Positions 11,680-24,400 of a DNA stretch of 64,000 bases are shown here, piece by piece (position 1 is the first letter of the stretch; every line of letters begins with the position of its first letter). The DNA comes from Caecitellus pseudoparvulus. Taxonomy: Eukaryota; Protista; Bigyra: Bicosoecida. A model generated the notes under the pieces. It was not told where the DNA came from, ran no database searches, and saw only the letters and a list, made by a program, of their open reading frames with translations. A program made the translations under genes and the position numbers. The stretch is taken from NCBI GenBank assembly GCA_965644315.1, contig CBFFRQ010000017.1, forward strand, positions 143,860-207,859, read 5' to 3'.

Positions 11680-11859
11680 CACGCGCCACGGTTGTCCGAC
11701 CCTGCTTGCTTTTGTGGCAGCCTTCGCATTCTCCTCGCTGCCCCCGGCTCACACAGTGCCTGGCACCACTTTCCATGCAGTGCCGCCCGCCCATTCCACC
11801 ACCCACGCCCAACTTTGAGTCCGCACTTAGAGCACCCACAGCTCCCGCTCTTGCCCACC

Positions 11860-13577
11860 ATGTCAGCTCGCAAGCGCCCTGCTGAGAGCTCTGTCGCCGC
11901 TGCCGCAGCAGCCGCAGGCGCCAGTGAGAAGCGGGCTCGCCCACTCGTGGACGACTCTGACAAACACACGTACCAGAGCGGCTTTGGCAATGAGTTTGCC
12001 ACGGAAGCTTTGAAGGGTGCGCTGCCGGTGGGGCAGAACAGTCCCCAAGTTGTGCGTGGCCAAGGGAGTGCCGCGGCCTGGACCACACGCAGCATGCCAC
12101 GCGCGCCTCTTTCCCCGCTCAGTGCCCATACGGGCTGTACGCCGAACAGCTGTCTGGGACGGCTTTCACGGCCCCTCGCAAGGAGAACCAGCGCAGGTGC
12201 GTGACGCCTCAGCCTGCAATGTGCACCTCATTCCACCATCAGTGGGGCGGCTAGTGCACTGCACCTGTCCTGCCTGCCGCAGTTGGCTGTACCGTGTGAG
12301 GCCCAGCGTCATGCACGCGCCGTTCAAGCCGGACGGGCGCTGTGCCCTGTGGAAGTCGGACTTTAGCGCCGAGACTGCCGACCCGAACCAGGTGAGTTCG
12401 GCCGTGCCAGGGCGAAGGCGTGTCGGGCGGTGACGCTGGCGTGATGTGGAGCTGCATCAGCCTGTCCACCCGCTCCCCTGCACAGATGCGCTGGCAGCCA
12501 TCTCCAGCGCCCGCGAAGCCCACCACCTTCCTGGAAGGCATCGTGACCATGAGCGGCGCTGGAGACCCCTGCTCCAAGACTGGCATGGGTGTCCACGTGT
12601 ACTCCTGCAACACCAGCATGGAGCGCACTGCCTTCTACAACTCAGACGGCGACATGCTCATCGTGCCGCAGGAGGGCGCGCTGGAGGTGCGCACTGAGCT
12701 GGGCCCGCTGCGCGTGGCACCCCAGGAAATCGTCGTCATCCCTCGCGGCGTCCGCTTCGCCGTGAGCGTGGAGGGCCCCTCTCGCGGCTACATCTGTGAG
12801 CTGTTCCAGGGACACTTCGCCCTGCCGAACCTGGGCCCCATCGGTGCCAACGGCCTGGCCAACGCGCGGGACTTCTTGTACCCCACAGCTGCGTATGTGG
12901 ACGAGGACGAGGAGTGGGAGGTGCTGAACCGGTACGGCGGCGCCATGCACAGCACGGTGATGAAGCACTGCCCCTTCAACGTGGTGGCGTGGCACGGAAA
13001 CTACGCCCCCTTCAAGTACGACCTGGGTCGCTTCAACACCATGAACAGCGTCACGTTCGACCACCCCGACCCCAGCATCTACACCGTGCTGACTGCGCCC
13101 ACCGACACGCCGGGCGTGGCTGTGTGTGACTTCGTCATCTTCCCACACCGGTGGATGGTCATGAACCACTCCTTCCGCCCGCCCTACTTCCACCGCAACT
13201 GCATGTCTGAGTACATGGGCATGATCAGCGGCAAGTACGACGCCAAGGTGGGCTTCGTCCCAGGCGGCTCCTCCCTGCACTCGTGCATGACACCCCACGG
13301 ACCTGACGCGCCCACCTTCCTCAAGGCCAGCTCAGAACACCTGCAGCCGCAGTGGTTCGACAAGGGCCTTGCGTTCATGTTCGAGAGCACGTATATGCTG
13401 AAGCTGACGCAGCACGCCCTCACCTGCTCTGAGCTGGACAAGGATTACTTCAAGTGCTGGCAGCAGCTGCCCAAGATCTTCGACCCGGCGACACCTCACG
13501 TGACTGTGCCGGAGTCTGCGGCAGCAAAGGCAGTGGCAGCTGCCGCAGCTGAGGCAGGGGCGGCAGCGAAGAAGTGA
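11860..13577 (+). CDS. HGD: Homogentisate 1,2-dioxygenase
   Basis: [61 protein letters not shown]; introns 12052-12122, 12197-12282, 12392-12485. Confidence 0.97.
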
Positions 13578-13726
13578 ATGCAGCTGCGCTACCTTGGCGA
13601 AATGCGAGGGGGGGGGGGGACAGCCGCAGGCCTGGTCCAAATCCCCCCTCCCACCAACTCCTTACGCGCTGGTATGCTGGCCTGTTCTTGTCGTGTTCTC
13701 CACCTCCTTGCAGGCCCTGGTCTGGC

Positions 13727-14819
13727 ATGGCGTCCCGCTTTGATGGGCAGCTGTCGGCTGCCCGCCGCATCGTGGACGTGTGTGCACCGCAGCGCAGTGC
13801 CCAGGCCGTCAGCGCGCGCCACCGCCCCCTCCCGCGACCCGCTCTGTGCCCAGGAGCTAAGGGAGCTTCTTGACCAGCGCGAGCGTCTCGCTGCTGCCTC
13901 GGCGTCCACGTCTCAGGTGAGAATCCTCGAGGTGGCAGCAGGCAACCCCTCCCGTCTGCACCAGTTGCCGCCATGTGCTCGTGCAGGTGTCACGCTCGTT
14001 GAAGGAGAAGCAGAGGGCCCTCACGAAGCGAATGCGAGATGCAGATGCAACTCTTCGCAGCATGCGTGCTGACCCCACCTCGTACTCGTTGTAAGTGTCG
14101 CCGAGCTCCAGCGTGGTGCAGTGCACTTTGGCATGTGGTGCCGGCACTCCCTGGCGCTTCCCAGGTCAAGCGGCGAGTTGAGCAGGTTATCCGCAGACTT
14201 TAAGCAGCTGCAGGAGGAGCAGGCGTCCATCAAGGGCGCCGTGCAGAACCCCCCCAGCGGGGACCGCACTGCGCTCATGGCTGGGGCCACAGCAGGGTTC
14301 GCTGGTGCTGGCTCGGACCGTGGCGCAGAGACTGCCCGATCTAAGAACATGACCAACACTCAAATGATGGCGCAGTTCGAGGAGGACACTAAGGAGCAAG
14401 ATGCCATTCTGGACGACCTGGAAGCGGGCGCAGATCGACTGGCGCATGTTGGGCGGGCAATCGGCGACGAGGCTTCGGCACATATCGTGAGTGACAGCGC
14501 GCGGCCCCGACCCTGCGCCTACCAGCGCTGCCAAGACGTACCAAGCAACACCCTCGCGCCGACCTTCCCCTTCACAGCGCCTCCTGGATGACCTAGACCC
14601 AGAGATGGACACCGCCCGAGACAAGCTGCGCACGGGTACGTTGGCGTTGTGCGCCTGCGGCTTTCCTCGGCGCGCCTCACTTCCCTGCCACTGCTGGTGC
14701 CCACAGAGACTAAGCACATCAAGAAGGTGACAGTGAAGACGCAGTTTTGCTGGCTGTATGTCGTGATGTGTTTGCTGGTGCTCGTCTTGGCAGTGTTGGT
14801 GTTCATGCGGTGGGGATGA
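13727..14819 (+). CDS. Qc-SNARE (syntaxin-6/8-like) with C-terminal TM anchor
   Basis: EQDAILDDLEAG..IGDE..LLDDLD SNARE heptads then CWLYVVMCLLVLVLAVLVF; five GT-AG introns (13778-13853, 13917-13986, 14091-14164, 14487-14577, 14636-14706) keep frame. Confidence 0.85.
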
Positions 14820-15179
14820 GATTGGGTTTCAAGCCGGGGCGGCGCTGACGCAGGCAGCAAGGCAAAGCGTGGCCATCTTCGCCGCCACCCTGTGTGCAAC
14901 ACTCTCTGCAGCGTCCCTGGCGCCAGTTGTCTCGCATTCACGCTGTGCGAGGCGGCGCTTGCTGGACCAAGCCGCGTTCGCGGGCCGAAGCCTTTTCTTC
15001 AAAATTCACGCACTGCCTGAACATTGGCCACGTTTGCGCAAACCTGCTCCTTGCCACGTGCCCCGTGGCCCGAGCCCACTGTCAAGCAAGCATCCTTGCG
15101 TGGAGTGTTTCTGCGCCACTGCCAGACACTGCCCCTCCCCCTGCGCTCCGGCCTGCCACCTGCACAAGCCACCAGGACA

Positions 15180-15614
15180 ATGCCTTGCTACAAACTCATT
15201 GTCTGGTCTCGGCCAGAGGCAACTCCAGCAGAGCTGGCCAAGACCTTCCGCGGCTTGGCCAAGCTCGTGTACCGAGAGCAGGGCCAATTCCGCACGCTTG
15301 CCAACAAAGGCGTGCGGCCCTTGGCCTGGCCCATTCGCAAGCCCTATGAGAAGTTCGACGAGGCACGACTGGTCGAATGCTCTTTCGATGTCTCCCCCTC
15401 TGGCAAAGAGCAGCTGGAGGGCTTCCTCACCAGCGCCGAGGAAGTGCTGGCGTTCACGCACTTGAGGGATGACGGGCCACTGGCAAGCTTCAAGCGCGGC
15501 ACAAGGAAGGTCCGCACCAAGCCTGTCACTGCACAGATGTTGAGCCAGGGTGTCCTGTTTGACCCTGAGACCATGAAGCCGACACTGACGTCGCTGCATG
15601 CAAACCAAAGGTGA
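15180..15614 (+). CDS. MRPS6: Mitochondrial ribosomal protein bS6m
   Basis: MPCYKLIVW..G.FRTL.NKGVRPLAWPIRK..FDVSP matches the S6 family pattern. Confidence 0.8.
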   Translation: MPCYKLIVWSRPEATPAELAKTFRGLAKLVYREQGQFRTLANKGVRPLAWPIRKPYEKFDEARLVECSFDVSPSGKEQLEGFLTSAEEVLAFTHLRDDGPLASFKRGTRKVRTKPVTAQMLSQGVLFDPETMKPTLTSLHANQR

Positions 15615-16141
15615 CCGCACGCCTCCATACCTGCCTTTGCTTCGGGGGCTTGTTAGAAAGTTTGAAGCTCGCTGCGCAAGGAGCATGTACGGCGCTGCCT
15701 CGCTCCAGATCTGTGCTGCATTGCCGGTGTCGTCGTGTCCCAGGCTTGACTCTGCTGCCGCTTCACCAAGCAGGGGGGAGTTCCACTCCCGCAAGTGCTC
15801 GCCCGAGGGCGCAGCAAACTTGTTGCTCGCGTGCAACTCGACCACCCAATGCATGGTCCACACTCGGCGCTCCAGTGTGTGCTGTGTCGCAGAACACTCC
15901 CCTGCACGGACGTGGGAGGGGGGCTCAGCGCTGCTGAGGCTTGCAACGCCAGTCGGCGCTCCTCGGCATAAACCACGCGTCACTCAAAGCGAAGCACTGA
16001 AACGGCCCAACCCCATTTCATAACTCGTATCAAAGTCACTCTTTTCTGTTTGCCAGGGGTTGTTCCCCCGTCGGTTGCCCGCCTGAGAAACAGCGGCAGC
16101 ACGCGTTGCCACCACGCCGACGAGCGCAAAGCCCCTCCACC

Positions 16142-18864
16142 ATGGCATCACAAGGTTTGTCGCCGCTGCTGACTCGCCCTGATCCACACGTGCCCCCCTC
16201 AATCGCTGCTTACGTCTCGCTTCGCAGGGGTACGCTTGTCCGGGTGGGCGTTGCCACAACGCGAAATTTTGTGTCACGTGCGTTTCTCCGCTCCTTGTGC
16301 AGAGCACTTTCCCTACGCTGGAGCTGGCCGTCGCCGAGAAGGAGGAGCCCCGCAAGAATGGCCAGGCAGTGACAACCCAAAATGTTCGCCAGGTGGACGC
16401 GAACAGTGTCACGGTGGCCCTGGGAAGCGGCGCACCGTTCCGCAAGGTGACCTACAAGCTCACACAGGCGTCGTTCTCGGTGTTTGGCAGCAGTGAAACA
16501 GTCGTTCAACACAGTGACTGTCTGGACTTGACCAAGGATGAAAGCCTGGAGTACACCTTCCACGAGTTGACGCCGTCCAGCCAGTACACCGTGACTGCTG
16601 AGCTCACTCAGCCGACCTCTGCCACGACAGAGGAGGTCCGCCGCCTGCAGGCCACCTTCACCACCCTCTCAGACAGCGAAGGCCTTGCGCTGCGGGCGGA
16701 GCGGGCTGAGGGCAGGCTGGCCGCACACGAGGCTTCGAAGCAAAGCGGTGCCGCCTCGGCGACAGCGCTGCGCGCTGCTCTGGACCAGGAGATGAACCTG
16801 CGTGCCGGGGTGGAGGAGCAGCTAGTCGCACAGCGCAAGGCTGCGTCCTCCGCAGCCTCAGAGCTGCAGCGGTCTCAGAAGCACATGGAGATCATGAAGG
16901 CGGAGGCCAGCACGTTTCGCCGCACGGTGGAGGAGTTGGAGGGCGCGCGAGCGGACATGCTGTCAGGCGTGGCGGAGGTGTGCGACACAGACCCCCGCCC
17001 AGACCTGCCCACCGCGCTGCAAGACCTGACTGAGACTGTGCAGCTGCTGCGTGCAGAGTTGGACGACAAGGAGGCTGTGGTGCAGGACCTCACCCGCCAG
17101 CTGGAGGAAGCCAAGGACAGCATGGCTGCCACGCGCGAGGCATCAGCTCAGCGGCAGGAGGATGCTGCAGCTGCTGTGGCTGGCCTGGAAGAGAAGCTGC
17201 AGGCGGCGCAGTCCGAGTGCACAGAAGTGCGCACAGCGCTGCAAGAACAGGTGCAGGAACTTCAAGGCTCCTTGGCAGAGAGCAAGCGTGAGCTGGAGGC
17301 GCAGACTGCGAAGCTGGCAGAGGCGAAGGCGGAGTTGGCCAGCTACGAGCAGCGCCAGCAGCAGGTCACATCTGAGCTGTCAGACATGCAGCAGCTGCTG
17401 AAGGAGGCCAAGGAGGAGGCCAGCAAGCACCTGGTGCGGGCGGAGAGCAGCGAGGCTGAAGCCGTGCACGCGGCTGCTGTTGCGGAGAGGGTGGAGGGCC
17501 TGCAAGCCCGCATCGCTGAGCTGACAGCGGAGCGGGATGCAGCGCAGGCCGCCCAAGCCGAGGCAGCTGACAGCGCCAAGAAGGACGCGGCTGAAGCAGC
17601 CGCCGCTGCGTCTGGGCGCATCGAGGAGTTGCTGGCTGCAGTGGAGGCTGCTGACCAAGCCAGGGCTGGGTGCGACAAGCGCGTGACGTTCCTGGAGGGC
17701 CAGCTGCACGCCCTGAGCAAGGAGGGGCGAGACGTCCTGCGCAGCCTGCGGTCCATGGCTGTCAGCGTGGGCATCACGAGCCCTGTCCCCGTCACTGTGA
17801 ACACTGGCGTGCTCCCTGCAGTGGCCGCCCGCGTTGAGGCTGCCCTGGCAGAGCTCTGCGCGTCCATGGAGGCAGAGGAGGTGGACCTGGGCGGGCAAGT
17901 GCCCGGCACGCCAGCCTCCCCCGTGCGCACGTCCTCCGCAGACTCCGGTGTCAGGCTGAAGGAGTGCATCCAGGCGGCCCAGGCAGCCATGCGGCGCAAC
18001 GCCGCCGGGCTGGCGGCGGCACAGGAGAAGCTGGCGGCCAGCGAGGCTTCCCAGCGGGAGCTGCGTGCCGAGATCGCCGAGCTGCGGGAGGCTGTCGTGA
18101 CCAAGGAGGCACAGCTTGTCAGCGCGGCCAAGGCTCGTGTGGAGCAGGAGCACGCCGCGGCTGACGTGGACGCTTTGCGCAGCGAGGTGGCTGCTGCCAA
18201 GCAGGAGGCCGAAGACATCCTGCGCGCCAAGAAGAGGCTGGAGCGCGAGCAGGGCACGGCGGTCCTGCACAACGCCGAGCTGGAGGAGCAGCTGCGGTCC
18301 ACGCAGGAGGAGGTCATGGCGGTGAACAAGGCCAACGCTGACCTCCGCGGCGAAGTCGCAGCCTTGCGCCTGCACCAGTCACCGGGGCACGCGGGTGCCG
18401 AGGGGTCAGTGCGCGAGAGCTCGGAGGTGGCGGTGCTGCGGGCCCAGCTGAAACAGGCAGAGGAGGAGGCGAGTGGCATTGCCCAGCAGCTGGCTGCTGC
18501 AGAGCTGGAGCTGAACACGTGCACGGCTAACTTGGCCAGCCAGAAGTCCCAGCTGCAGTCCAAGGATTCCGTCATCGCGGAGCTGCAAGAGCAAGTGCGG
18601 GTCATGTCGGCAGAGGTGGAGGCCCATCGCGCCAGCCTGGAGAGCGAGGCAGAGAAGGCGGCAGCCGAGCACCGCTTGGACAAGGACGTCATCCTCAAGG
18701 TGGCCAACGTCACGTGCAGCCCCATTGCGCAGGCTGTCAAGGCCCTGCTGGGCACGCGCGGCGACGCCAGCGCGGCGGTCATGGACTTGCTGGGCAGCAC
18801 ACACGTCGCCACGCCTGCTGCGTCGGCTGTCCCAGTGCAAGGCGGCGGCCGGGGCGGGCATTGA
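16142..18864 (+). CDS. Fibronectin-III-like domain plus long coiled-coil protein; model includes a 2-nt micro-exon
   Basis: YTFHELTPSSQYTVTA FN3 signature then heptads. Exons 16142-16154, 16228-16229, 16303-18864 give MASQGSTFPTLEL... Confidence 0.8.
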
Positions 18865-18925
18865 AATGCATTGCTGGGCTCTCAACGCTCGACACAGACA
18901 TTCTCAAAGCTCTTCGTGTGCGCCG

Positions 18926-19621
18926 TCACCTGGCGAACTCCTTGGCGCCCTTGTACGACTGCTCGGTGCCGCGGTCAACGCCAGCCCAAGTCTTCTGCAC
19001 GCTGTCCTCGCCAAACACGTGCCTGTTGGTGGTGTCCAGGGCGTGCCACCAGTCTCCCCGGGCCTCCTTGCTCTTCGTCCACTCAGCAGCTTTGTCCTCG
19101 TCAGCGTAGAGCTCTGTGGATCGCTTGGACGCGTTCACCCTGCGAAGCGCCGGGTGTGCCAGCGTGATGCCCTGCCCAGCTGATTGGCGCATCTGCGCGG
19201 CATCACGCACTTGACTGTGGGCTCCCACATCAGCATCTGGCTGCCCCTCCAGGTGGCAAAGGTGACTGCGAGGAAGGGACAAAGGCTTGCGTGCTGGCGT
19301 TGCTGGCAGCTCGACGGCGAGGCACTTGCCAGGCTGGCTCGGCCAGCTGATGCCCGGCGTGGTGGCCAGCCGCATCACTCACCAACGCCACCGACGAGCA
19401 GGACCAGGGGGGTTGCCTGCGCAGCAAGGCAAAGAGGATGTGAAATTAAGCATAGGTATCTGTTTTTCATACCCAGGAAGGCTGCAGGTGCGCTTCTGGG
19501 CTTCTGGACAGCACTGCGTGGCCAGTGCCCAAGCCAGCGTTTCGCGGCGCACATCACTCACCTCCCACACGCTGGCAAACGCGCGCTTTGTGTTAGAGCC
19601 GGCGTTAATGACGCGAACCAT
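18926..19621 (-). CDS. NDUFA4/B12D-like small mitochondrial membrane protein
   Basis: Spliced (introns 19561-19417, 19382-19266, 19210-19140): MVRVINAGSNTKRAFASVWEATPLVLLVGGVVTFATWRGSQMLMWEPTVKVNASKR..., single TM then P-x-V-x-V-x3-R as in B12D. Confidence 0.7.
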
Positions 19622-20322
19622 GATTAATCTGCAGAAAGGCAGGGGTTTGTCTCGTGGCGGGCTGAGTGGAGCCGCGATAGGGCGCCCGTGCGGTGCAGCG
19701 TGTGATGCCAGCTTGATGTGGTTTGAGCAATGGTGCTCAGGACGCACAGTTTAGGTGAGGGGTGTTGCAGGGAGTCGGGACAAGTCTGTGATGACTTTAA
19801 AACTTGTTTATGAAGTACTTGCTTGGGATTAGGGTGGTGAGTGCGGCTTGGTTGATTTGGCACGGGCCGGGCAATTGGGAGGTGGTCTAGAACCCCCCTT
19901 CGAAGGCGATTGCCCCCCCCCCCTGGCGCTGGAGAGGGCCAGTGCGCACTACAAGGAGCGGCAGCAATGCAGGAAGGTGTCTTTCAGGCTACTGTATTCT
20001 GTTCCCTGCGAGGGGAGCAGCAGCATGAAGCTGTGACGTCGCGGCCGTTGTGACTTGTGCCCCATTCGCCGTTGCAAGGGCGCCACAACCCGCGCATGTG
20101 CTCGAGGTACGTTCTTTTACTTCTCCCTGCCACATCAAAACCCTTCCAGATACTGCTCACTGACCGTTCTGTACGCCTCTGTCTTTCCCACCCGCCATCC
20201 GCGCCACCACATCCAACTGCAGGGGCGCGTTTCGCCACCCCTCCTGCGCAAGCTGCCAACGGGCTTCCCGTCGGCTCGTGTGGGCTTCCTTCTTGGCAGG
20301 AGACCCCCCCCTGCTTCGCAGC

Positions 20323-21058
20323 ATGGCAGCAGCGAGTACAGGGCGCGCGTTTGCCCAGCAGCTGTTGGCAAAGCAGTACAAAGGTGCGTGCGCATGCACG
20401 CTGTTTGGGCTGGCGTTTCAGTTGTTGCAGCGCAGGGCGTCCACGCTGCTGCAGAGCTGACGACGAACCCTCCTGAGGGAATCCACGTGGGATTGAAGGA
20501 CGAGGACCTGTTCCACTGGACTGTCATGGTCATCGGCCCCCCTGGGACTTACTAGTGCGTGTCCTGCGTCATGGCCTGCCAAGTACGGACGGGGCTGGTG
20601 CATGGCTGGGCACCGTCACACCCCGCCACCCGGCTCCCGCAGCAACGAGGGCATGTTCAGGTGCGAGCTCACGTTCCCCGACGACTTCCCCAACATGCCT
20701 CCTGCCATGAAGTTCCTGGACGAAGTGTGGCATCCCAACAGTGCGTGTCGCGCGCCGCCTCGCCGCCTCCGCCTTTCCCACGCGAGCCCCGCCCACTGCA
20801 GTCTACCCGGACGGCAAGGTGTGCATTTCCATCCTGCACCCCCCTGGCGTGGACGAGATGAACGCCCAGGAAACGGCGGAGGAGAGGTGGCGCCCCATTC
20901 TTGGCGTGGAGGCGGTGCTCATCTCCGTCATCAGCATGCTGGCCGACCCCAACATCGAGTCGCCAGCCAACATCGACGCCGCAACGCAGTTCAGAGATGA
21001 CAAGAAGGGCTTCCGGCGCAAGGTCAGGCGGTGTGTGGCCAAGACTCTGGAGGAGTGA
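20323..21058 (+). CDS. Ubiquitin-conjugating enzyme E2, UBE2G/Ubc7 (or Cdc34) class
   Basis: [20 protein letters not shown] plus acidic insertion loop, ERWRP, SPANIDAA; introns 20384-20454, 20555-20642, 20741-20801. Confidence 0.93.
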
Positions 21059-21431
21059 CGACCCGCACATGCAAGCGCTGCATCGGCGCCCTTGAGGCCG
21101 CTGCACGGCACAGTTGCACCAGGATGCCACTTTCCGTGGTTGACTGCAAGCAAAAAGTGTCGTGCCAGAATACACTGTAGAGATCGCACGACCTGCTCAG
21201 CACCAGCCACACGTGCGCTGAGCAAGCGGGGAAGTTTTGAGGGTTGGCAAGCCTCGCCAGTGGCTTCGCCAGGGGCTTCAAAGTGCACCTGTAGACCCGC
21301 CAGACGCCTGTTTATGAATCTGGGCAGACAACTTCCACTTTGCGCTGCCGGCGTCCGCGTTCCTCGCCGTACACTGACTTGAGCGCCTGCTGGCTGCTGG
21401 GGCTGTGAAACACCAGTGAAACGCAGGCAAC

Positions 21432-24400
21432 ATGGACACTGTGTACGGCTTCGTTGACCGCATGTTCCAGGCCATGGACTTGCGGAACCCTTTGATGAAG
21501 GGTGTGCTGTACTATCTCCAGTCTAACCCCATCATCAGCAGGTACTTGGACCTGTCCAGGGCAACGCCAGACCTGGCACTGGACCGCGGCGAGGAGGCAG
21601 GGGAGATGCGCATTCGCAACATCACCCTGCGCGCGGAAGCCCTGGAGCAGTTCAAGCTGCCCATCACTCTGTTGGACAGCCATGTCGGCAGCCTGGACGT
21701 CCGCCTGCCCGACTCGTACTTCGGCACCTTCACAGACCTGCTGCTGGGCGGTGAAGGGGAGGCGCTAAAAACTGCCCTCGTGCTGAACGGCATCAACATC
21801 ACCATCGCCCCCCGGGACAACCTGGAGGGTGCTGTGGCGCGCGGTGCTGGCGAGAAAGCATCCGAAGCCAGCGGCCTCACGCCCTCCCAGCGTGTGGACG
21901 CGCTCATGTCAGCGGCCCAGGTGGACAAGCTGCGCCGGCTGGGGCTGGACAAGGACTCAGAAGACGAAGAGCTGACCATCAGGGCCGTGGCCGTGCTCAC
22001 TCAGCGCATGACCATCCGTGTGCACCAAGTGCACATTCGCTACGTGGACACGGTCACACGCCCCGAAGCGCCGTTCGCTCTGGGCATCGTCATGCAGGAA
22101 GCACAGGGGGGGCCGCTGCTGGACGTGGTGCGGGCTGCTGCCAAGGCTGGCGACGCGGCAGCAGCGGCGGTGCAAGCTGCGTCACCTGCCCACCCGGGTG
22201 ATGCCGCATGCCAGGCTTTTTTGGACTCACCAGAGTGGATGGCGGCCATGCAGCCCCCGCAGGTAGGGCTGGCTGACCGCCTGCGCACGTCGCAGCGCAA
22301 ACTGGCCACCTTGCAGGGCCTGGGCGTGTACCTTCAGCAGCTGCCTTCGCAAGGTGCGCCCACGGGCCCAAGTGGCGGCCCTGTGGAGGAGGACCCGCTG
22401 CCTCCAGAGTTTTCCTTCGTCAACGCCGCACTTGAGGACACCCCCGTTCGGCAGCGGGATTGGGTTCTGCATCCGCTCTCTGCCCGTGCGGCGTACACGG
22501 TGCAGGCTGGCCAGCTGTTTTCCAGGCACTGCCCCCCCGCGCAAAGGGCGGTCGTACACATCCCTCGGCTGGCACTGTCCATGTCAGAGGCGCAGCTGCA
22601 CAGTGCCTGCGTTGTGGCGGCGTACTTGCGAAATTACCGCCTCCACAGCAAGTACTCCGACTGCTGGGAGTCTGCGCAGCAAGTTGCAGCGGCAATGGGC
22701 ATCCACCGGGCGACTTTTTTCCCGCTCGCTGCGCTGTGGGAGCACGCCAAAGGCCGCCCTGAGGCGTCCTTGCACCGTGCGAAGTTGTACCACGCGAGTG
22801 TCAGCCAAGTGTTTGCCCGCTTTCTGCCACAGGAGGTGGTCAGGGTTGCCAGTCTCCGGCATAGTGCCCGTGGCACCGCAAGGACCACCCTCGCAGCACT
22901 GGTGCCTGCCCCACTCCCCGCCGCGCCAACTGCGGGTCACCTGCACGACTGGGCAGAGCACATGCGCGCCTTTCTCGAGGCGGCTGAGCAAGGCGGCGGG
23001 CGCCAGGAAGGAGCTGTCAGTCTGGGCAGCTCTTCTGCTGCGGCAGCAGGCGCCGCGTCGGGGGTCGGAACGCCAAGTACTCCAGCGTCAGGCCAAGCGT
23101 TTCCGTCAGAGACATCTGCTTCACCAAGTCGCTTGCTCCGAAGGCAGGCCTCCACAAAGATGCTGGATGAGGCGCTTCAAATGGACTTGGCGAAGTGCAC
23201 AGCACCACCAGATGTCTTCGCCACGTGCATGGAGGCATTCAGAGCCAGGGTGCGGCGAAGTCTCCTGGCGAGGCAGCGGTGGGCGTTTGCTCAGCGGGCA
23301 GTTGTGGGGGATTTGCGGCGGCAGGGCCAGCGCGTGCGCAGCAAGCTGGCTTCCAGACTGCGACGGCAGGGGCGAGGAGCTGCCTCTGGCGTGTCGGGCA
23401 CCCATGAGTCTGCGCGCTTTCACACCCTGCAGGCTGTGACGCTGGGGCCGTCGGGACTCCGACTGAGCATGGTGGAGGCGCTGTGGGGACCACAGTACGT
23501 GGCCGCCTTCAAGTTGCTCTTCCGGCGCAAGCTTGGGCAGGGCGGCATGCTCATCGATGGCGTGGTGCTCCCCAGCTTCAGCATCATTGAAGTCGCCCGG
23601 CCGCAGCCTGGTGAAGCGCATGTGAAGGGGACCTCCCCATTCATCACGACTCCGTTGCCGGGCGAGCCAGCAGAGCTGCCCTTGTCATTCCGCCTCGAAG
23701 CAGGGCAGCTTGTTGCATGCCATCGGAGCGCTGGGCAGCAGGGCATCCCCATTTCCGTGAATGCGTCCCCCACTGCATTTGATGGCGAGCTGTTGGTGAC
23801 TTGGGTGGAGGACGTGCCTGCGAAGACCCTGCCGCCACACAAGGACAAGGATCTGAAGTGGCAGCCATCCACATCGTCGCAACTTGCACGGAGCAAAGCA
23901 GAAGACACGATCAACTTCCTCGACAGACATCTGTCGGCGGAGAACCTCCTGCGGTACCGCCGGGTCGCCCACGCAGAGTTGCAGCTGGAGAACTTCTTGC
24001 TCAAGTTCCGCGAGCACCAGCGCCAGGAACTTCGAAGGGTTGCTGGGCAGCAGAGCGCCTGCTTTCCATCGCTCTCATGTGCGGGATCCCCACGCGCAGC
24101 CGAGCCAGGGGAAGCAAGCGCGAGCGTGGACAGTGCCGTCAGCAGAGAGCGCCTCACGCGACTCGTAGCAGTTCCAGTTTACACGGGAGAAGCTATTCGC
24201 GCCTTGCAGCGCAGCCAAGACACTCTGAATCGATTGCAAAGTTCTTCATCGGAGCCAAAGTCGGAGGAACGGGACAGGCAAGCCGCCATTGACGACACTC
24301 TCCGCCGCATGCACGAGGCGGAGCTGTCCGAGCCCAGGTCCCCGGCGCAGCTGCACCCCCTTTCACTGTACACCCACCAACTGCACACCCCATCTCTGGA

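Noticed and set aside
13607-13619. G/C homopolymer runs (also near 19913 and 41112) as functional G-quadruplexes
   Set aside because: Isolated runs in GC-rich intergenic DNA with no further support.
15620-16000. Separate gene on the - strand (part of ORF 15006-15983)
   Set aside because: No ATG in a convincing context, no motifs, overlaps MRPS6 antisense; more likely 3' UTR or intergenic.
19775-19810. GTGATGA inside a short inverted repeat as a snoRNA
   Set aside because: No downstream CTGA at suitable distance; lies in an AT-richer divergent promoter region.
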